Part shown: positions 27,724-36,777 of the stretch, piece after piece
Layout of the letters: the number at the start of each line of letters is the position of its first letter
Position numbering within the stretch: position 1 is the stretch's first letter
IMG/VR virus record: IMGVR_UViG_2917587430_000001
Location: 25,228-89,227 of that record
Strand: one strand, 5' to 3'
DNA length: 64,000 nt
Source of the DNA: a virus
The notes under the pieces: model-generated
What the model was told of the DNA's origin: nothing
Databases searched by the model: none
What the model saw: only the letters and a program-made list of their open reading frames with translations
Position numbers and translations under genes: made by a program

Positions 27724-29589
27724 TCACTCCGACTCCCAAAGTTCAAGCTGTATATGGTCTTCTGGCAGCCTCTTCAAGGATCTCCTTTTGGGACGGTCTA
27801 CCCCGGTTTTTGCTAACTGTGAGCTGACTACAGGTGTCACCAGTTCACTTGGGTCAGAGGTTGCAAGCACCCCCATACCTCCCCTTGCCTGCGTCTTCCC
27901 ACTCGTAGCGGGGTTTCGGTCAGTTCTAGGGGCAACAGAGTCAGCAACAACGGCTGATTCCTGCAAGTCCGAAGACTTGTACCCTTTGGCTGAATCCTCA
28001 GCAGGTTCACAGACGGCAGAACCGTCAGGCGTAGGCATACGCAAGCCTTGTCGAATTGCCGGGGCAAGTCGCAAGGTTCTGTTTTGGGCGGGCTTAATTG
28101 CGCCACACGCCCCGTAGAGGACAGAGCTAAGGAAGTTGCAACCTCCTACTCCATCCCGATCGCCCAACCACCCACAGCCACCTTTACGAGGATTGCAGTA
28201 GTAGACGCGGTTGCGTGGCTTGTGCCTGCGACCGCAGTTTGGGCAAACTTGTGACGACCGTGCTTCGCTGGCTGTCTCTGTTCCTTCGCCGCCAGCTAAC
28301 AGCAACTTCTCGTCTAAATATTTTACTTGGGTTGGCATTTCCCAAAGGTTGTTTCGACCAACTTGCTTGATCCGACGCTTGCCCTTCTTCCTGGTCTTTG
28401 GCAGTGTCTTCAAGTCACCTACATAAACCTTGCCAACTTTATTTTCAACGCACCAATTAACGGCTGCACGGGTGACGCAATGGTTAGCGTAGGTCAATCT
28501 GACCCGGTAATAATCAGCCGCTTTATGCTGAGAGCGAAGCAACCGCATTTCTCTGCGGCTCCGCTTCTTTAGTCCTAAGTCCTTACGCCGTTGCCGAATA
28601 ATCCGAAACGCATATTTGATATCAGATCCCCGGCGCTTCAACCCCTGACGCTGCCGTTCGTTGTCCCGCTCCTGCAATTCTCGATAGGTTGCTTTTTCGT
28701 CAGGCGATAGGTATTGACGGATTTGACCCTTTAAAACCCGCGATCGCTTGCGGTTGATGCCTCGATAACGCCCATCGCGTTCGCGCTTGAGGGCACAGAT
28801 ATTCTTGCCGCTGATAGTCGCTGTAGTGCCATCCTTCAGAGCCAACACCATTGCTCGTTTCTGCCCAAAGTCAACGGCTGCAACTTCAATTAGTTCAGGG
28901 TTTGGTTCAACTGGTAATTTACGGGTGATGTGCAGGCAGAACCGACCACTGCGAGAGCGAGTAATCTTTACATCACCATCAATCGAAATGTTTAGAAGCT
29001 CTGGTACGCGCAGCTTCAACACGTAGGGCTTTGCGCCTAGAATCAGGCGATCGCCCGAGCGTTTCACCAATTGATTTGTAAAAAACAGAGTGTGCAGACC
29101 TTTGTACCGCCTGGGAAGTTGAGCGTTTGTATCCCCGTTCTTTCGGTGGGTGAAATAGCTAGCAATATTCGCTTCAAAGTCCTGAGTTAATACCACTTTT
29201 GACTGAGCCGGAATTCCATAGTCAGGTTTGGCATTCTTCTCGGTAGCAACGACTAACCGCTCCTTCCCTTTATCCTTTCCCTGTTTAGCGGGTTTGTTGA
29301 CTAACTGCCGAGGGTAAATACTTGATTGCTGAGTGATTAGAGTAATAATCAACTCATCTGCCCAACCTTTACGCCGAATATCAACGTAAGGATCAACCTC
29401 CCAGGCAGGCTGATCCGGATACTCTTCTCTAGCTTGTTTATAGGCACTTTGCTTGTAAGCCAAATGATCGATCAGCAGGTTGTAGATCATCGCACTCGAT
29501 CGCATCATCCCGTACAGCAGTTGCCGCTGCTGTGGTTTAGGATGAAACTCGATTTTTAACGTGCGGGTTTGATAGTGCTGGCTGGTCAT
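27724..29589 (-). CDS. tnpB: TnpB-family RNA-guided nuclease (621 aa)
   Basis: AAVDFG (RuvC-I), YVGDL, SEARSSQVCPNCG...C...CGW zinc finger, DRD (RuvC-III). Confidence 0.85.
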   Translation of the reverse strand: MTSQHYQTRTLKIEFHPKPQQRQLLYGMMRSSAMIYNLLIDHLAYKQSAYKQAREEYPDQPAWEVDPYVDIRRKGWADELIITLITQQSSIYPRQLVNKPAKQGKDKGKERLVVATEKNAKPDYGIPAQSKVVLTQDFEANIASYFTHRKNGDTNAQLPRRYKGLHTLFFTNQLVKRSGDRLILGAKPYVLKLRVPELLNISIDGDVKITRSRSGRFCLHITRKLPVEPNPELIEVAAVDFGQKRAMVLALKDGTTATISGKNICALKRERDGRYRGINRKRSRVLKGQIRQYLSPDEKATYRELQERDNERQRQGLKRRGSDIKYAFRIIRQRRKDLGLKKRSRREMRLLRSQHKAADYYRVRLTYANHCVTRAAVNWCVENKVGKVYVGDLKTLPKTRKKGKRRIKQVGRNNLWEMPTQVKYLDEKLLLAGGEGTETASEARSSQVCPNCGRRHKPRNRVYYCNPRKGGCGWLGDRDGVGGCNFLSSVLYGACGAIKPAQNRTLRLAPAIRQGLRMPTPDGSAVCEPAEDSAKGYKSSDLQESAVVADSVAPRTDRNPATSGKTQARGGMGVLATSDPSELVTPVVSSQLAKTGVDRPKRRSLKRLPEDHIQLELWESE

Positions 29590-29628
29590 ATCTGCAAAAG
29601 TGCATGGAGTGCTGAATGTTAGTTGCTG

Positions 29629-29814
29629 CTACTTGGTAGCGAGTCGCCGTTGTGCTTGCAGTTCTCGAATGAAGTCAGGAAATCGCTGGGCTAGCACGAC
29701 GTTCTCAATCAAGAAGCGGCGATCGTCATTTACTGCTAGCCCTATTTCCGCAACTAAGTTGGTCAAATCTTCGATGCTCATTGCTTCGAGCTGTTCAATC
29801 GTGTAGATGGTCAT
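29629..29814 (-). CDS. Small helical (HeH/Rho-N-like) protein, paralogue of 40724..40909
   Basis: YT..QLEAM...L..LV...DRRFLIENV..QRFPD is shared between the two. Confidence 0.65.
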   Translation of the reverse strand: MTIYTIEQLEAMSIEDLTNLVAEIGLAVNDDRRFLIENVVLAQRFPDFIRELQAQRRLATK

Positions 29815-29894
29815 TTCAGAAACCTAGTTAAGTTGAAATACTTCTAAATCAGGAAGAGGCAATCGCTTACGGGTGTCTTTTCAAGACCGCCCTC

Positions 29895-30479
29895 TCAACT
29901 CCCCTTCTCCTTTACATGCCTGGAAACCAGTGCTCTCTTCACGCCTGGGTCATAGAGATACAGCCCTAATCCAAATCGACAGCAGGCACGACGAAACGCT
30001 TGAGACTCGCTGTTGGTATTGCTGCTACCAAACTGCGTTCCCTCTAGCGCCTCATCACCTGTGCTAGCGCGAGAGATTGGTCCCTCTTCACAAAGCAGCG
30101 TAATTTCATAGCCCAACACATAGCGGCTGCCCTGCGGCATGTGAATTAACTGCCCAGTCCATCCAGGGCTGATGTAATCCAAAATTAGGTTGCAATCATA
30201 CCAATGCAGGTATGGAATGTAATTCAACTTTCCTGACTTTTTATCCTTCTTCTCAAGCCAGTTAATAAACGCCCAAGGAAGCGGCTTTGACAAGTCAGCT
30301 AGAACGTCAATGAACGGGCGACGAAACCCTAAAGTTTGCCCCTGAGTAATCAACCGTCGCAGATCAGAGCGAGTTTCAGGGATGACAGGTAAAACTTTGG
30401 ACGTGGTTTGAGATGTGGTTTGCATGGCGGTTGAGATAAGGCGATCGCCCCTTGGTTGGATAGATGGGCGATCGCTCAT
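29895..30479 (-). CDS. Rad52/Rad22-family single-strand annealing protein
   Basis: YLHW...ILDYISPGW...SRASTG...NSESQAFRRACCRFGLGLYLYD. Confidence 0.85.
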   Translation of the reverse strand: MSDRPSIQPRGDRLISTAMQTTSQTTSKVLPVIPETRSDLRRLITQGQTLGFRRPFIDVLADLSKPLPWAFINWLEKKDKKSGKLNYIPYLHWYDCNLILDYISPGWTGQLIHMPQGSRYVLGYEITLLCEEGPISRASTGDEALEGTQFGSSNTNSESQAFRRACCRFGLGLYLYDPGVKRALVSRHVKEKGS

Positions 30480-30523
30480 TTATCAGGTCTGTAGTAAGCG
30501 GTGCTGATAGGCAAGTTGCATCG

Positions 30524-30952
30524 TTACACCGCTGTTAAGTTGAAATACTCGTGAACATCAATCAAACCTGCCTCCAAGAAGTCCGCCAAAACGTCACTTA
30601 AAAGCATCCGAGTAGCGTCTAAGTCAATGTATTGCCGTCCTGCAATCAGAGCCGATTGGTAGTCCTGATAGAACCTCCAATCACCGCAGCGATCGCCTTC
30701 TGGAGAACGACAGAGGGGTCTAAATCCTTCTTGCTCTTGCTCCACTTCAACTTGCCAACCTCGATAAAAATCGACTGGAAGATTGCAAGCTGAAATAGGA
30801 GACTGAGCGAACTCCCAGAACTTGAGAATGCAGAGGTCAGAAGGCAGGTCGTGACCTAGCGTTGCCTGGTCATATAGCGGACAGTAGCCGACGTTTGAAG
30901 TGCGGCTTGACTCTTGCCAGAATGGGCATTGTGAACAATTTTGAGGCTCCAT
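30524..30952 (-). CDS. Hypothetical protein with N-terminal Cys motif
   Basis: CSQCPFW...GYC; C-terminus paralogous to 12254..12514. Confidence 0.55.
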   Translation of the reverse strand: MEPQNCSQCPFWQESSRTSNVGYCPLYDQATLGHDLPSDLCILKFWEFAQSPISACNLPVDFYRGWQVEVEQEQEGFRPLCRSPEGDRCGDWRFYQDYQSALIAGRQYIDLDATRMLLSDVLADFLEAGLIDVHEYFNLTAV

Positions 30953-30976
30953 AACTCTCCATCTAAATAAGTTGAA

Positions 30977-31000
30977 CCCCTACCCGAAAGCAGGTAGGGG
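30977..31000. terminator. Stem-loop, putative terminator
   Basis: CCCCTACC-CGAAAGCA-GGTAGGGG. Confidence 0.45.
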
Positions 31001-31252
31001 AAGAACGGTTTAGTCGATAGAGAGCCGAAGGGTTTTGCCGTCTTTGCAGCTTAAAACCGCAACAGAAGGACGCTTGCCGACACCAGGAATGATTTGGACA
31101 AGAGACTTTTGAGCGGATTCAGAAGTTTGTGCAATCATTAGAGAAATCCTTAACGAAGGTTGGATTTGAGAGAGGGGGGTCGTTTCTTTGGACGGAGGCG
31201 ATCGCCCTCTCTCTTTGTTTATTATTGCATATCGTATGTACGATTGCACCAA

Positions 31253-31311
31253 TATTGCATACGAAAAACTGATTAGCTAGATATCAGTTAATCAGTTTTT
31301 CGTATGCAATA
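31253..31311. repeat. Perfect 23-bp inverted repeat in a divergent intergenic region
   Basis: TATTGCATACGAAAAACTGATTA-13 nt-TAATCAGTTTTTCGTATGCAATA. Confidence 0.85.
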
Positions 31312-31378
31312 GTATGTACGTTTTCCCCAAAATTGTGTCACATTGAGTTTGTATTGTTCAATGGGTAAGGAAACCTGT

Positions 31379-31624
31379 ATGACAGAGATCATTGTGGGAA
31401 GAGCCAAAAAGCCAGCTAAGCGGCAGAATTACAAGATTTCGTATGAGTTACTGGCTGGGTTGAAGGGCGTGGCGATTTTGGAGGATCGTAGCGATACTGC
31501 TCAATTAGAAAGATGGATTAGAGAAGGAGTAGATCGTTGGCGATTAGAAAACCCTTCTAAAACAGAAAAGCTTGACGAGTTGATATCTAGCTTCTTAGCT
31601 AACGAGGGTGCTGAGGAGGGCTGA
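31379..31624 (+). CDS. RHH-like regulator
   Basis: KRQNYKISYELLAGLKGVAILEDRSDTAQLERWIREG. Confidence 0.6.
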   Translation: MTEIIVGRAKKPAKRQNYKISYELLAGLKGVAILEDRSDTAQLERWIREGVDRWRLENPSKTEKLDELISSFLANEGAEEG

Positions 31625-31712
31625 CAGCCTGCAACATCCGTTGCATCACTAGTACGTTGATGGGCGATCGCTCCCACCTCCCACTCAATCACTAACTCTA
31701 AGAGGCAGTCCT

Positions 31713-32024
31713 ATGAAATTGCTGCAAAAGAGCAGATCTTCACTCTGCTCCAAATCGTTATGTCTAAACTCTGATTTGCCGCCTCAAGTTCCACCTCCCA
31801 AATTCCGCTTCTGGCAGAAGGTTCGAGCTAAAGACCGCTGTGGGCACATAACGGGGATGGAATACATCGACACCCATGTTGCTCTAATAGATTTGTTAGA
31901 CACGCACGGCTGGTTCTACACCGTGAACTCTCTCTACGGTTGCACTACTGCCGAGATGCTTAAAGCTAAGCACGAGCCAACTCTGAGTATTGCTGAGTCC
32001 GAACTTGAAGCAGTGGAGGACTAG
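31713..32024 (+). CDS. Small SH3/KOW-like barrel protein
   Basis: PKFRFWQKV...GHITGMEY; tandem paralogue of the next gene. Confidence 0.55.
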   Translation: MKLLQKSRSSLCSKSLCLNSDLPPQVPPPKFRFWQKVRAKDRCGHITGMEYIDTHVALIDLLDTHGWFYTVNSLYGCTTAEMLKAKHEPTLSIAESELEAVED

Positions 32025-32029
32025 CAGAG

Positions 32030-32314
32030 ATGACTCAGTATCGAACACTGCTCACAACTGAATTTCCATCCAACATTCCACTACCCAAATTCCGATTATT
32101 TCAACGAGTTCGGTTTGAAGACCGCCCTAACTGCAAGCTAGTCGGTGAAATCGTTGGCATGGAGTACGTCACGTCCGACGCTCGCAAGATTGAAGATTTT
32201 GAACAGGAAGGCTGGACGTATCGAATCAAGACAGATGAAGCCGCAAACCCTAACCCCGCAGGCGCGCACATTTTTGCCTGGGAAGAAGACGTTGAGCTAC
32301 TGAAAGAGCAATAA
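32030..32314 (+). CDS. Small SH3/KOW-like barrel protein
   Basis: PKFRLFQRV...GEIVGMEY...GWTY. Confidence 0.6.
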   Translation: MTQYRTLLTTEFPSNIPLPKFRLFQRVRFEDRPNCKLVGEIVGMEYVTSDARKIEDFEQEGWTYRIKTDEAANPNPAGAHIFAWEEDVELLKEQ

Positions 32315-32319
32315 ATACT

Positions 32320-32706
32320 ATGATCAAGCGAATTAGTTCAGTTGCATTGATAGCGACTTTGACGTTCTCTGCCATGCCAGCAAAGGCGAATCCGGCACTA
32401 GTAGCGGCTCCGGCTATTTGTGCCACTGGAATCGGCTGCATTTTAATAGGAACCGCCATTATTGGTGGAGTAGCCTATTACGTCTGGCAAAATAGTCAAA
32501 CAGGTGAACAGTACCACATGCCTATTGAAGATCCTGAAGAGACTGCTCAGGAGTGGGATGAACCAATTATTGCAAGAGATCCAGAAGAAGCAAATCGGGA
32601 GTGTCAGGCTAGAGCAAGACAATACGGAGTGGAGCTTTCCAGGGTTCAGCCACCAAGACAGGTCAGGCGGGGACAGAACCAACAATATCGCTGTTGGTTT
32701 ATATAA
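32320..32706 (+). CDS. Secreted/membrane protein with signal peptide
   Basis: MIKR+hydrophobic+AKA signal; Gly/Ile-rich helix with two Cys. Confidence 0.6.
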   Translation: MIKRISSVALIATLTFSAMPAKANPALVAAPAICATGIGCILIGTAIIGGVAYYVWQNSQTGEQYHMPIEDPEETAQEWDEPIIARDPEEANRECQARARQYGVELSRVQPPRQVRRGQNQQYRCWFI

Positions 32707-32731
32707 TCAATCCAAAGGAGATAAACCTAAG

Positions 32732-33064
32732 ATGATCAACCTCGAAAGCATTCAAACCTCGAAACTCCCAATTGGAGCAAAGGCTGGACAAATTGTATTA
32801 CTGGTCGATTTGACTCAGACACCTAATCCCATAGAAACCCTGGATCTACTCAAATCTACAGGGTATGAACCTCAATTAAGATTTTGTGTCTTTGCAACTG
32901 GATTGCACATTGTTGCGGTCTTAAAGAACGAACAGTTCGATCCCAGTCAACCTATTGATGACGAGTATTTAATGGACGAATGGATTGAACTGGTTGAGAA
33001 AATCAACCCTGACGCTGTAAGGCTATGGAGAGGACATCCCAAACCACAGCCCTCACTCGTATAG
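32732..33064 (+). CDS. Hypothetical protein
   Basis: ATG 32732 with GGAG upstream. Confidence 0.55.
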   Translation: MINLESIQTSKLPIGAKAGQIVLLVDLTQTPNPIETLDLLKSTGYEPQLRFCVFATGLHIVAVLKNEQFDPSQPIDDEYLMDEWIELVEKINPDAVRLWRGHPKPQPSLV

Positions 33065-33102
33065 AAAAGCGTAGTTGATTAAACTCCTATTCTCCTCATA
33101 AT

Positions 33103-33141
33103 GCCTCCTAGAAACTCTAACTCAAAAACTAGGAGGCGTTT
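33103..33141 (+). terminator. Putative intrinsic terminator
   Basis: GCCTCCTAG...CTAGGAGGC followed by GTTT. Confidence 0.45.
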
Positions 33142-33155
33142 GTGCTCCTTTGCTG

Positions 33156-33552
33156 GCGATTGCCCTTTACAGCAGCCACCGTTTCAAACTCGATTAGCAA
33201 CTTCAACCTTGATTCAACACAGCGATCGCACACCTTGATTTCAGTTGTCGAGTCATCTAAAGCTTTCCACTGAAACTTCAAGTGCTTTTTGCAGACAAAT
33301 GATGGTTCAGTTGCTAACCCTGCCAGACCTCCCCTTACCCAGACTTAGGTTTTCAGGTTTGCCTACTTTCGTGGTCTGCATTCCACTGAGTTGATTCTAT
33401 TTGGAACGATTCTACAGATCCACCCAAATTAGTCTATTATGCAGAATAATTCTGTCGATCCACCTGTTTTGGAGTGATATACAGAATCATTCTGCCTATT
33501 CTCCGAAACTGGGTAGATAGGTAGAATCGTTCCGTCTAATCAATAGTTAGCT
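33156..33552 (+). repeat. attI-platform repeat, copy C, with attI-like site at 33534-33552
   Basis: Ends GTCTAAT-CAATA-GTTAGCT; begins at degenerate HIP1 GCGATTGC. Confidence 0.85.
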
Positions 33553-33635
33553 GTCTAGTTTCCTACATGAATCAGACAAAGAACTGTGAGGGTGTAGCAA
33601 CAGTTAGTACGTGAATTTTGAGGAAGGCTACTGAG

Positions 33636-34469
33636 ATGTCCAAATGGTATGAAAAGCTGGTACAGGAAACCTATCAAGCCCTTCTCGATCAAGAATCACA
33701 CATCAAGAACATAGTTGTGCAGCACGATGTCAAGTTGACTGGCAAAAGTGGTGCTTCTCACCAGATTGATGTCTATTGGGAATTCAGGATAGCCGATACC
33801 ATCTATCGGACATGTATTGAGTGCAGGAATTATACATCAAACATCAAAAAAAGTAGAGTTGTAGAATTCAAAGGTATTTTAGACGATATAGGTAACGCGA
33901 ACGGAATTATTGTAACTAGGGTCGGTTTTCAAGAAGGGGCTTTAACCTATGCCGAACATCACGGGGTTCGACTACTTCTTATTAATCCCGTGCTGCAAAG
34001 AATAGACGTGAACGTGCATATGGTTATTCCCCAGATAAGTAACATAGGATTTTTGTTCGATTCTTCTCACGCAAAGTTCGTTTTAGAAGCAGCAGGAGTT
34101 GATACCACAAGTATCTTATTGGAGTTAAACGCTTTAGCTAAAGACATTTATCTGTATGATGCCAATGGAAATAAAACACGTAATTTGTCGACAGTGTTAT
34201 CACAGCCTATAGGTAAAGTTGGTCAAATTGTTGTCGATCTTGATAATGAATATCTGGAAACATCGCATGGATTGATAAAACTCAATTCAATTAGTTTTGA
34301 GCGACAGGAAGAGATGGTCGAGAATAAAATTACAATTGGTGGTGGTGAAGATGTTGCTAAGACATTAATCCAAGATGTTCTCGAAAATACATCCAAGTAT
34401 CTTTTCAAGGATGGTGCTGTAGGCAGCGAATCTCGAAGAGACAAATTGTTGCCGCAACAGAACAGATAA
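33636..34469 (+). CDS. Gene cassette: Mrr-cat-like PD-(D/E)xK restriction endonuclease
   Basis: YEKLV...HQIDV...IECRNY...VVEF...GIIVTRVGFQEGA. Confidence 0.85.
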   Translation: MSKWYEKLVQETYQALLDQESHIKNIVVQHDVKLTGKSGASHQIDVYWEFRIADTIYRTCIECRNYTSNIKKSRVVEFKGILDDIGNANGIIVTRVGFQEGALTYAEHHGVRLLLINPVLQRIDVNVHMVIPQISNIGFLFDSSHAKFVLEAAGVDTTSILLELNALAKDIYLYDANGNKTRNLSTVLSQPIGKVGQIVVDLDNEYLETSHGLIKLNSISFERQEEMVENKITIGGGEDVAKTLIQDVLENTSKYLFKDGAVGSESRRDKLLPQQNR

Positions 34470-35254
34470 TCGGGTCGCCGGAGGGTTTTCCCCTCCAGCT
34501 CCCACAGCACCCCGCATGCGGCTCCGCACGGGGCGCTTCCTCAAAGAGGTTTAGACGGTTTGGTTCCGAAGAACCAATGTCCAGGGCTGGTTACGCAATT
34601 AAGCGCCGACTATTTAGCTCCCCCATCCGGGTTCATCGCCACGTCGAGCTTTACGACTCCTCCCCGCTCTCTGAAGTTCGGCCCTTCACCGTGTCTCATC
34701 CATTACGATGAGCGTTTGGCTACTATGGCTTCTGCTGACTTCTGCTCAATTACACAGGGCGTTTCCATACCTGTGCGCTGTCTGCTTTTCCTTAGGGTTC
34801 TGTGGCTACCTAACCGTTTCCAGTTAGACCTCAATCAGACTCCCGTAGAAGCTTAGACCGCCATTTGAGCAGATCTCCCCGGATAAGAACGTGAACTGTC
34901 CCTGCACAACCGCGTCATTTACTGCGTTCCCTGAACCAGGGGGCTTCGTTGTGTTGTGCCAACTTGCCCTAGGACTATCTCAGCCTTCTATGACGTTTCT
35001 GTTCGTCGGCTCACAGGTTTGCCTCCAGCTTCCTTCAGACATTCCCTCGCGAGTTTGCCCTTGCTCTTGGCTAGTGGTTGTCGTTACTCGGCTCCAATAC
35101 TTTCGAGCATTTGAACGCTGGTTCCACCACAGAGGACTTTCACCTCATAAGTTCACGCCCATGCCGGGCGTACACAACCCGATTGGAGCGGGCTACCGAG
35201 AGATATTGGTGGTGATGAAAAGGTTTTAATAGCCGCTCAATCGGAACGTTGTGC
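34464..35254 (+). other. attC site interrupted by the intron
   Basis: Splicing out restores AGATAAC-AACCCGATTGGAGCGGGCTA...TAGCCGCTCAATCGGAAC-GTTGTGC. Confidence 0.85.
34469..35173 (-). mobile_element. ORF-less group IIC-attC intron (705 nt)
   Basis: 5' GTACGCCCGGCATGGGCGTG...GAGGTGAAAGTCCTC; domain V/VI GAAGCGCCCCGTGCGGAGCCGCATGCGGGGTGCTG...GACCCGAT; target TTGT/TA; no RT ORF. Confidence 0.85.
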
Positions 35255-35714
35255 CACCTCAACCTGTTCATAGAGGTATGCATTTGAAAATTATCTGTTT
35301 GAGTGCAAAGTTCTAAGGATCTTGGCAGGCTAAAGACGTGGTAGTAACCTTTGAACAGCTTTGGGCGATCGCCCTTTACGTTTCAAACTCAATTAGCAAC
35401 TTCAACCTTGATTCAACATAGCGATCGCACACCTTAATTTCAGTTGTCGAGTCATCCAAAGTTTTTCACTAAGACTGAAGCTTCAAGCGCTTCTTGCAGG
35501 TTCAGGTGCTTTAACCCTGCCAGACTTTCCCTTGCTCTTACCCAGTCCTAGGTTGTCAGGTTTGCCTACGTTCATGGTCTGCATTCCACTTAGTTGATTT
35601 CATTTGGAAGGATTCTGCCGATCCAGCTAGATCGTTTATTATTCAGAATCATTCTGTCGATCCACCTGTTTTGGAGTGATATACAGAATCGTTCCGTCTA
35701 ATCAATAGTTAGAC
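35248..35714 (+). repeat. attI-platform repeat, copy D (complete), with attI-like site at 35696-35714
   Basis: Runs from attC core GTTGTGC to GTCTAAT-CAATA-GTTAGAC. Confidence 0.85.
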
Positions 35715-36101
35715 CACTAGATTTCGGTTGAAGCGGTTCTTTAGAGATATCTGTGGGTGTATCTGACTTTTCTCTGACCTTTTGCTGACTTTGCACGGCT
35801 GCCAAAGTCAATTTGTGAAGGTTAGGGTAGATTCAATTTCAAGTGTTGTGCCAAATCATTCTGCCTGTCACCCTCTATGGGATCTTAGACGGAATAGTTC
35901 TATCTACATAATAGATAGAAGCCCATTACTAGAGGTGAAATTGCTAAGTAGCTTTAGGCTGATTTACTTCAAATCTTCCGGTTTCCAATCCATGAACAGA
36001 GGAAGTTCGGTTAAGTGTATCAGGTTACGTGCACAAAGCAAGGATCAATCGACATTCAAAGCAAGTTTTCCTACAGTCGTTCAACCAGCATAGAGAGCAT
36101 T

Positions 36102-36686
36102 ATGAGAACTTCTCCACTACGCCTTCTTCAAGACCCTACAGTTGTTGTGTTAGCTGCTGGACACGGGGGCAGCGATCCAGGTGCTGTTAACTTGCCTCAT
36201 AAAGAGCGTGATCAAGCAATTACTATCACTGATCAAACTGCTGATCTACTTCGAGGGCAAGGTGTGGAAGTTGAGATCGCACCGCATGATGAAGATACTG
36301 AGAGATCAATTCAATGGGTCAATAGAAACTTTAGTTTTGGCGATGCTTGGGTTTTGGAATTGCATCGTGACTCGGCAAGTGGACTAGATCTAGACGATGC
36401 CTCGCGGCGCTGCGGAATTTATTATGGTACATCTGAAAGTAGCAAGGATATAGGCAATTTTGTCCGTAGTTCCTTCATCCTAAATGGTACTCATCCCAAT
36501 TCTTGGGCACGCCCTGATACAGCATCAAACTTTGGAAGACTAGGTTGGATTCGTCAAACGCGACCGGTTGCTCACCTGCTAGAGTTGGGCTTTATGCAGG
36601 GTAAAAATGACGATGCTCATCTTAGCTGGTTAGCAAAAGTCGCGGCTACAACCATCATGGAAGCTTTTACCGGGCGTTCTTTTTAG
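36102..36686 (+). CDS. N-acetylmuramoyl-L-alanine amidase (Amidase_3)
   Basis: LAAGHGGSDPGAV...ERD...LELHRDS...LLELGF. Confidence 0.85.
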   Translation: MRTSPLRLLQDPTVVVLAAGHGGSDPGAVNLPHKERDQAITITDQTADLLRGQGVEVEIAPHDEDTERSIQWVNRNFSFGDAWVLELHRDSASGLDLDDASRRCGIYYGTSESSKDIGNFVRSSFILNGTHPNSWARPDTASNFGRLGWIRQTRPVAHLLELGFMQGKNDDAHLSWLAKVAATTIMEAFTGRSF

Positions 36687-36777
36687 TAACTGTTGATTAG
36701 AACAGTTAAGCTGCTTCAACCTAGAGAAGCCAACACTTGAAATCTACCTGATGTGAAGGGTTAAAGAGGAGAAATTT

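Noticed and set aside
33402-33534. CRISPR array
   Set aside because: The repeats are only 13 bp and variable, the spacers are homologous to each other, and no cas genes are present.
34560-35229. Plus-strand ORFs 34560..34856 and 34891..35229
   Set aside because: They are antisense to the group II intron RNA and have no protein features.
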